Source: Octopus vulgaris (taxonomy: Eukaryota). From it: 64,000 bases of DNA. The stretch spans positions 37,138,001 through 37,202,000 of the forward strand of contig OX597823.1 in the NCBI GenBank assembly GCA_951406725.2. Reading direction: 5' to 3'. The stretch's first letter is position 1; each line of letters begins with the position of its first letter. The translations under genes were made by a program, and so were the position numbers. Below are positions 54,901 through 64,000 of the stretch, in pieces. The notes under the pieces are model-generated. The model did no database searches. It was not told the DNA's origin and was given only the letters and a program-made list of their open reading frames with translations.

Positions 54901-57057
54901 AAAAGTTGTCTTATTTCCCTTAACAATCACTATCATTCCTTATTTACAAATATTAGTAATGTGATGCCAGGACGTTATCAGTCGCCATTTCTTCAAGTGT
55001 GTTTCTTGCTACAACTAACCCTCTCATAGTTCCTGATCTGGCTGTTCATTTTCTTCGCAATCGTTCCAAGTACCTACTTAATACAGTTCATGGACAATCA
55101 ACTCCGTTTCCTGAGCCATTAGGCATTGGATCGCTACTAACTTCTTTCATGTGTTAGATCTGGAGGGAGAATTACTGCCCTTGACGTCTGCAAGCCCTTT
55201 CTGAGTAGATGATATTGATGTCGTTAATGTTCCTCTTGGATCATTTCACATCAACGTTTGTAATAAAGATATGAATCTGTTTCTTTAATGGTTTGGTCTG
55301 GATTAAGAGGCAATGCCCATGGCTTTCGCAGACATTCGATCACGGGTTAGACTGATGCAGTTAACTTTACTCTTGAACACTGGCATGACGGTGGCTACAG
55401 GAAAGAATATGCACAGGGAGAGAATCTCAGAGATATTTTGTTGAGGAAGTACTTGGAGTAGCAGTTTGTGTCGGGAGGTGGAATGAGCACAGTATGAGGG
55501 ATGAGGAGAAGGGGTATGGGTTTTTACTGCCTGAATGAACGTAACATGAAGTTAACTTCAACGAGCCGAGGATAATGAAGTAACGAAAGGACAAAGGAAA
55601 GAGAACTGTGTGTGGACCAATGGCTGAAGTGTGTTGGTGAATGATTTCCTAGCAATTGATGAAGAAGTCTTACTCTTTAGAGAGAGAGAGAGTGTGTGTG
55701 CGCGCGCGCATCGTTGTGTGTAGCAGCACAGCAGCAACAATAACATCTCTGATGAGAGAACAGCAATCTGTTGTAGGTATCACAAAAAATTTATAAAAAT
55801 TCTACAGTTGTGTTGTCGGTATTGGGTGTCTCAATATTGTCCGACTCTTATAAGGAAGACTAGTCTTTGTTATACAGTTTAGAATATGATGAGAATGTGT
55901 GCTCGCTAAAACAGGTAATTATTGATGATGAGGCTTAGTAATTATAGCATCCTTGAATGCTTTAGTTGTGCGTTGTTCATGTTTAATGGGGGGGGGGGGC
56001 GATATTCCCTGTTTGGTAACACCTGTTATATATTTTTTTCTTCTCCTCGCCGTAATTCCTTCACTCGTTCACTTTTCAGATTTGTTACCACCCTCTTTTT
56101 CCTTCTTAAAGTACCATTGCATTAATCAGTTCCCAATCATCTTTTCCTCTGCTGATCTTAAGCCTCTTCCCTTCATCTTTCAAATCTGCTAGCGCTCTCA
56201 TTAGTTTGTTCTTTCTTTGACCACTTTCTAACATGTTAAACCCTGTCACCTCCTCCTCTCACTTTCTTCACTTGTTTTTCTTCCTCCCACTTCTATCTCA
56301 GAATCCCAAATCCATTTATTCAATACTATTAGAAATCATTCTATCCAACAAAGGATATGATCCGAACTGTCAGACGTTTCATCTTCTTTACATCAAACTC
56401 ATTATTCCACCTTTGAACTGTTTATTCTCTTTAATTACTGACACAAACCATCACTAATTTCCCTGGATCCAACCATTTATTTCCGCTAATGTTGGCAGTC
56501 ATGTCACCACAGCCGTATTATGGCTGCTATTATTGTTATTGTTACTACATTTATGTTTATTACAAAGTTTCCTGCTGTTACTGTCATGTTCACTTTTTCT
56601 TTCATAAAGCACGAAATCTTGTGACAATGAATAGTTGGCAGGAATTGATTTTCGTTACGTACCATGGAATCTTGACATCAAAATAGAACACCAAAACGCG
56701 ATTTACGTTTACTCCTTACTAACTATTTGGTCTAAATTCCTTGGCGGTCGAAACGTACGTTCTACCTGCAATCGCTGCCAACAGCGATAAGAGTCATAAC
56801 AACAAGATAAAAAAAAATCTGCCATTTAAGTTAAATATAATTTTAAAACACAAAGAACTGTTTATAGTTGCGTTCTTTCATGTTGGGAAACCAGTTCTAG
56901 ATTCAGTAGAGACCGGAAATGTTTTAAGTATTTCGGCGCATGACAAACGGGAATATCATTATTTAACAGGAAGTTGATGAACTCTGGAATGCCACGCTAA
57001 ATGTTGATATAAGATATTTAAATACGAGACAGATTGAAAATCAAATATGAACATATG

Positions 57058-57059
57058 CA

Positions 57060-57123
<64 letters not shown>

Positions 57124-57170
57124 AAAAAGAAAGAAAGAAAGAAATAATGAAAGAAAGACAGAAAGAATGA

Positions 57171-57214
<44 letters not shown>

Positions 57215-57228
57215 AGGAAAAGAAAGAA
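57058..57228. repeat. (GAAA)n microsatellite
   Basis: Directly visible. Confidence 0.95.
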
Positions 57229-58129
57229 ATGTAGAGGAAGTGTGAGAATAAACAAAGAAACTGTGGAGGGTAGAAAGAAAAGGAAAGTGATTTTTGTTAT
57301 TTTTCAATGTAGATCTGGAAGAAAAATATTACATTAGTAAAACAGAAAGAGAGACAAATGTGATGGAGAGGGTGAATTGTCTTATGTTTAGACCTTTTAA
57401 TTATTATTTCATGGCAAGAGAGCGATGTGAACAAGTTAGCGAAAAAATTCTTCAACTCTGAATAACTGAATGTCATTGACTTTGCAGGTTGAAACTTTAT
57501 TCAAATTATGATTTTATTATTGATTTGGTCTGGCTGTATCCATAGCTTTCACAGACTTTCAGAGAAAGAGAGAGAGAGAGATGAAAGTCAACGCAGTTAA
57601 TGTTCCTTTTTATCATTAGCAGGAAAAACATCTGTGAAGATATAATTTCATTGGGACACCTATTGGAAAAGAAGGACTGGATATAGTAATTAATGTGGAG
57701 GCTTCTGAAGTGAAGAGGATACAATACGGGTTAGGGAACTATAAGAGACGAGTGAGACATAAGTACCAGAGAGAGTGGGGAGGCAGGACGAGACCACCCA
57801 GTTTCGAAGGGGAGAAGTCACGACGGTGGCGATCGAAATATTAGGGAAAGAGATGTTACGCCTGAAGACCAAATGTTAGGGTTAAATGAGTGACATCACA
57901 TCGATCAATCAATATGTCGTAACTCTTTTAATGTTGTTCGCACACATAGCCAGCAGTTTTGTTTGTTCTCTAGAAGTCATGATCATGAGGATCAACATCA
58001 TCATGATCAACAATGTTGTCGTCTGTGTTGATGATGATGTTGATGATGCTGATGACATAATGTCTTCACGCATCATTTCCGTGTTTGTAGGATTGTGGGA
58101 TTAAGGATAATTTAAAACTTAATAATTAT

Positions 58130-58440
58130 TGTAAACAAGATAATCTACTATATAGGTGTAAAGTTGAATCGGAAGCTAATGAATACTACTATATCGGTTC
58201 AATTGAAAACCAAATTAAACGGCGTATTGCGAACCATGAAAGTTGTTTTAAGAATAAACAAAATAAATAATAGTCTCAGCAAATTTATATGGATGTTAAA
58301 AGATAATAAGAAAAATTATAAAATTAAATAGGAAATTATAAGCTTATAGAATTTCAGGTAACAAATGTCGATTGTATGTAGAAGAGTTATTTCAGGTGCT
58401 ATCATCTAAACACAAACTAATGAACTCGAGAAAAGAGAAT
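58130..58440 (+). mobile_element. Penelope-like GIY-YIG endonuclease fragment (not in the ORF track)
   Basis: CKQDNLLYRCKVESEANEYYYIGSIENQIKRRIANHESCF; SLSKFIWMLK; KCRLYVEE...LMNSRKE. Confidence 0.85.
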
Positions 58441-58874
58441 ATAACTTGTTGTTATTACTCTAAGTATGTTTTTAGAAAATTCAAATAATATAAACATAAA
58501 ACTGAACATTAAAAATACAAGCATAATACAATGAGTGTAACTTAATTTATAAGCCAAACATAAGATATAAATAATATGATAATATATACTATATATTATA
58601 TAATATAATACGCACACATAAATTAACTTAGGCAGTAAACATCCGTATACACACACGCACACGCACTCACACAAACTAAAATAGAAGACAGACTATCCAT
58701 ATTTTGTAATTTTTATTTTTATCATTTTCATTATTATTAATATCTTTTTTTTATCGTTTATCTTTATTTTTATATACTTTGATTTATTATTATTGTTATA
58801 TTTAAACAAATTATCATTATATTTAAATAAAAAATAAAGAATATTTTTTTAAATTAGCTGAGTATACATGTGGA

Positions 58875-59453
58875 GACAGCCAAATAAAGCATTTGACCCA
58901 GACTGCCCTCTTCCAACTGTTAAACATGGAGAAGGATCTGTGATGATCGGGGGGGGGGTGCTATATCTTGGAAATCCGCCGGCCCAATGGTTACCCTTCA
59001 TGGTAGAATTAATAGTCAACATTATTTAAGCATTTTATCAGATCAAATTCATCCTATGGTTGAAAAACTGTTTCTGGAGGGAAGCGCAATCTTTCAGAAT
59101 GATAATGCACCAATTCACACAGCTAAAGTTGTTACCGAATGGCATGAAGAACATTCTAGTGAAGTTGAACATCTTATCTGATCACCACAGTCCCCAGGAC
59201 TAAATATTATTGAACATTTATGATGCATTTTAGAAAAACAAGTAAGGAGTCAATATCCTCCAGCATCATCACTACAAGAACTGGAAACTGTTTTAGATGA
59301 AGAATAGAAAAAATTCCTTTGGAAACAAACCAAACTTTGTACGAGTCCATACCTCGTAGAATTCAAGCAGTAATTACTGCCAAAGGCGGTCCTACCCCAT
59401 ATCAAAATAAATTTGTTTGAAATTTTAAGATATTTCCATTATTTTGTCCAACC

Positions 59454-59457
<4 letters not shown>
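58875..59457 (+). mobile_element. Tc1-like transposase 3' remnant (DD36E spacing) with probable 3' TIR
   Basis: PTVKHGEGSVM; FQNDNAPIH...*SPQSPGLNIIEHL (36 residues between D and E); ends TTTTGTCCAACCTCTG|TA. Confidence 0.8.
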
Positions 59458-59523
<66 letters not shown>

Positions 59524-60478
59524 GTCACACACACACATATGTATATACGTGTATTCGCATATTCGCTATTTCTAATCCAGGTTGAGTTTAAGTATCAAAT
59601 ATATATTCATTATAATATTTTAATATCGAATACACTTTTCATTATTATTGTGCGCGCGTGTGTGTGTATGTGTGTGTGTGTTTATATGTGCGTGTGTGCA
59701 AATATGTCGAACTAAAACTTTAAAATGCTTATTCTATCACACTTTCCACACACTTTTACACACGCACACGCTCGCACGCACGCGCGCACACAGAAGCACC
59801 ACCGCACCATCACCACCATTACCACCAGTTTCTGTTGTATTACATAATCAACACCGATTCCCAAATAAACCCCTTTCTTATTATTCTTAACCACACAAAC
59901 TGATGTATTAATGTACCCAGTGCCGGCACATGTTGTCGGAGAGTTTTGGGTACACATGGAAGAGACCTAGATTCAAGCAAAGATAATATTAGATAATATT
60001 ACAATATTGTTTGTGAGCGCCGTAGGGGAGAGTGCGGCCTCCTGCGAAGCGAATCTTACGTTCTGCTTACGATTTCCCGTTAACCGTTTGCTTCACCTAC
60101 ATCAGCTCGCCCTCACAGGAAAGGCATGAACGCTACAGCAGCTAGTTTCTATTCCCCTATAAAGTAATAAGTCGTTACACCCATAGACTCATTTATATAT
60201 TGAATTTAAATATAAGCACGTGTGCACGAAATCACATGTATATGTGTGTGCATGTACTATGCATATAATAATATACATGCACAAACATGCACGCACATAT
60301 GTATATGCGTGTGTATATAGGAGTGTGTATTTATGTATATATATACATACATACATAGAAAAATTTTAGCAAGGAATGCACATTTGCGCACACAAACACG
60401 TACAGAAAATAATGACAAACAAGCAGATTAACTGACAAGCCCACATCATGCATGATGTGTTTGTGTTTATGTGTGTGA

Positions 60479-60558
<80 letters not shown>

Positions 60559-61016
60559 CGAATAAACTGGCCCGGTAGCAGCTGTTTCATCTGAGGTAAT
60601 CTAACCACTCCGTCTAAATTGGTTAAAAGTCGTCGGGCTGGGACGATGCAACAAACTCCTTCCTAGCCTCGTTCTCATTCAACGTCTGTCTCTACTTAAA
60701 GAAGACTATTGCTTGTCTTGGAACAGTTACAAGAAAAATACGATCATATCACTAAATATATCACCAAGATAGAGATACCCTGCGGTAAATACTAGCAGCG
60801 TGGATTTTATAGACGAGATACCAGCATGTGTGTGTTGTCATGTATACATACCTACATACATATGTGTATGTATGTATGTATGTATGTATGTATGTATGTA
60901 TGTATGTGTGTATGTGTGTATGTATGTATGTATGTATGTACGCATGTATGTGTGTGTACATATGTATATATGTATATATATACATATATATTTTATATAC
61001 TTAAATATATATGTTA

Positions 61017-61069
<53 letters not shown>

Positions 61070-61269
61070 TAATGTGTGTCTATCAATATATGTATGATAT
61101 TAATCTGATGGTACCTATGTACACATACATATCGTGTACATAAATACATATGCAAATCTATACACCACTTTTAATAACACACTCATACACATATACACTA
61201 ATACATACACATGTACATACATATAAATACACACACACACCACAAACGTACATTTTCCTTTACTTGCTA

Positions 61270-62060
61270 AGTCTGGAGGAAGAGGTGGAGCCACTGACTC
61301 TTGAAGGCCCTTTGACACTGATGAGGTCGATGCCATTAATGAGGTTCAAGCCGTTTAAACCGTTGTAGGTCAATATCTGCAGGAAAGACGTGAAGCGGCA
61401 GGAGAGATTCCAGGGGAAGTTGTTTTGTGGAAGAAGGACTAATCACAAGGGTTAGAGAAGGTTGGGGGACGAACACTGCAAAGTTGACGGAAGGTGGGAA
61501 GACTTCCCGTTCTGGGTACCTGAATTATAGAGATGCCAAATCAGCCATGACAAGGAAAAAATATCTTTATAGTAATAATAGAAAAAAACAGAAGCTACGA
61601 GCGTATGGGTCAGAGGCGGGAACCTGTCTAGGCTGGTGATTGGACGAGATAAGTGACACTTCTTTTGATACGATCCAGGATGTTAGTATGTTTATCAGCT
61701 GCACAGCGCCAGATGTGGGAGCAGTGCTCAATTGTGGGCCTCACTTGAGTCTTGTAAAATGTCAGCCACTGATAAGTTGAAATGTTTTCTGGCCCTGTAG
61801 AAAGAAAAAAAAACAGTTTTTCAGAAGTGGTCCTAGCTATTCTAAGGATTTTCTTTTTGCCAGAAGAGATTTTCAATGGTTGTGAAACCCAGCATTTAGA
61901 GAGCAACTGTAAGGGATCTAGCTAAATACTGTTCATGGTTAGTTGGGAGAGAGTGGTGCAGTGGTGTTTTTTGTAATGAGTAGTGCATAAGCTTTTTTTA
62001 ACTGTTAAAAGAAATAAGGTTGGTATGACCCCACAGGTGGGTTCTATCGAGGTCTTTGTT
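61270..62060 (-). mobile_element. Decayed CR1/L2/Jockey-group LINE RT C-terminus
   Basis: LTFYKTQVRPTIEHCSHIW...ILDRIKR. Confidence 0.7.
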
Positions 62061-62477
62061 TAGTGTCTAGGTTGTGTATGGATGGTACATGGTTAGAAAA
62101 GGTTGAAGGAATACACATACAGACGTATATTGGTGTATATTTGTACTATGTATATATATGTACATGTTGCTTCTATTTGTTGCATGGACTTGTGTATATG
62201 AAGACTTGTGTATTATGAAGACTTGTGTATTATGAAAACTTGTGTATATGAAGAAGAACAATATTGTAACAACCCTGGTCTAACTGTATGTTTTTTTATA
62301 TATATATATATATATACCTGTTTGTATTGATTGTGGTTTTAAAATTTATAAAATTAAATCTACCGTGATAAATTGTTTATATTGTATCGTAATATATGAT
62401 ATATTGGAATCTACTATAATATGTACTGTGAAATGAAGATTATTCTAAATCTAATAATATTGTTATTATTGATAAAT

Positions 62478-62546
<69 letters not shown>

Positions 62547-62548
<2 letters not shown>

Positions 62549-62830
62549 GAAGGGAACCGAAAATTATATGAGAATGATCCCTGGCTTACCATCCCTGCAA
62601 GAAGTGCAAAAGATTGTCTTAACTGGTACATCACACGTATTGAGAAGAGCATTGTCGATGTGAGAACTGTTGCTGCTCATGTATTTTAATTTAACTTAAA
62701 AATAAAAAAAAATGAACGAACTATTGAGTTTGGTTTAATGGCCTACCAATGTATACTATGAGTTTCTTTGCCCTAGGAGTCAGGAAGACACTCGGCAAGA
62801 AATGGAAGCAAATTTGAAAGAAGAAAAAAA
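62547..62830 (+). mobile_element. Short 5'-truncated Dong/R4 LINE 3' end inside (AAT)n
   Basis: KGTENYMRMIPGLPSLQEVQKIVLTGTSHVLRRALSM*; (AAT)n on both sides. Confidence 0.8.
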
Positions 62831-62877
62831 AAGTAATAATAATAATAATAATTTATTGTTTCTTGTCCACATATTCT

Positions 62878-63580
62878 GAAGAAATATAACAAGTAACTGC
62901 AGAATATGTGGAGATGGACAAGAAACAATAAATCATATTATCTCTGGCTGCCCAGTCCTGGCTAAGAAGGAATATATTCACAGACATGACAGAGTTGGAA
63001 CCTACATACACTGGAAGCTATGGCAACATTATGGAATAACAACAGAAAAAAGATGGTATAGGCACACACCAGAAAAGGTCACAGAAAATGAGAAAGCAAC
63101 CATACTCTGGGATATGCCGATACACACAACCATACTCTGGGATATGCCGATACACACAGATAGAGAAATTAAGGCCAACAGACCAGATATAGTTGTCAGA
63201 GATAATGAAGAAAAAAAATGCTTTCTAATTGATGTATCAATACCGGCAGATGACAACGTGTCTCTAAAAGAAATGGAGAAACTTTCAAAATACAAAGACC
63301 TGAAAATAGAGGTAACTAGAATGTGGAATCTAAAAACAGGAACAATTTCTATCATAGTAGGTGCATTATGCATGATAAAAAAATATTCAGACAAATGCAT
63401 AACAAAAACACCAGGACTTACAAACACATATAACATACAGAAAATTGCACTACTAGGCACTACACACATCCTACGCAGAACACTTTCAATACAGTAACCA
63501 TCAGAGCATCACAACAAATCACAGCACATACCCAAGGCACACAGAGCTGCGCTCGGTAGTGTAGTGAAAGCACGTTATAA
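62878..63580 (+). mobile_element. 5'-truncated Dong/R4 LINE (CCHC + RLE + 3' UTR)
   Basis: CRICGDGQETINHIISGC..AKKEYIHRHD...ILWDMPIHTDREIKANRPDIVV...KLSKYKDL...IIVGAL. Confidence 0.9.
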
Positions 63581-63657
63581 ATATATATATATATATATAT
63601 ATATTAAATTATAAATGTATCGTGTACATGTATTTATATTTTGAAAGTTCTTTATAA

Positions 63658-63816
63658 TCTCTGACGAGGTCTATTGTTATGTATAAGTACCCCACTTTTA
63701 AATGCCTACAACCTCAATATAATTGACAACTATAGGCACTGAAAAACTACTTTTTTCCATAGGCGTTTCAGCCTATGGAAAAAAAAGTTTTCGCTATGAA
63801 AAAGTAGCTGTAAGAG
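63658..63816 (+). ncRNA. Rearranged type I hammerhead-like motif
   Basis: TCT-CTGACGA-long stem II-GAAA...GCTA-loop-TAGCTG-TA-AGA; stem III is interrupted by a hairpin insert. Confidence 0.4.
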
Positions 63817-64000
63817 TGAGTTTAATGATTTCAATAATATATATTAAGATTTTTATAATTGTATTCTTATCTTATATGTATTGAAATATAATATATATAT
63901 ATGTATGTTATTAAGGTTCTCGTTTTTGTTAAATAAATAAATAAGTCAACATTCTAATATCCTAAACCAACTAAATTGTTTCTACATTTTCTTATTTGTA

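Noticed and set aside
53691-57880. Scattered weak protein-like traces (IGDFNVHH near 54110-54130 minus; 55100-55700; 57700-57880; 53730-53900)
   Set aside because: Probably very old LINE or DNA-transposon debris, too decayed to delimit or classify by eye.

Overview
AT-rich, repeat-saturated animal genomic DNA, most likely intronic or intergenic. The SINE families and microsatellite load suggest an octopus (coleoid cephalopod); this is an inference from recalled repeat families, not a database result. I find no convincing host protein-coding gene, and most ORFs in the track are microsatellite translations. The window holds two abundant tRNA-type SINE families; Dong/R4-type (RLE) LINE remnants beside (AAT/ATT)n tracts; RTE and CR1/L2-type LINE remnants, one young with a 604-codon RT ORF; several Penelope-like fragments with inverted terminal repeats and hammerhead-ribozyme-like motifs; a full-length mariner; Tc1 (DD34E and DD36E) and maT (DD37D) remnants; MITEs; Helitron pieces; and a dispersed 28S rDNA fragment. 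The best structural observations are: (1) a ~3.25 kb inversion that splits both a SINE and a LINE and carries a 68-bp inverted duplication at its breakpoints; (2) hammerhead-like motifs with long stem II in Penelope-type repeats; (3) a recurring, polarised cluster of Dong, SINE and an unclassified ~500-bp element on (TAA)n tracts; (4) a probable ORF1-only L1/Tx1-type element with a 5' inversion. None of these is a proven new biological system.
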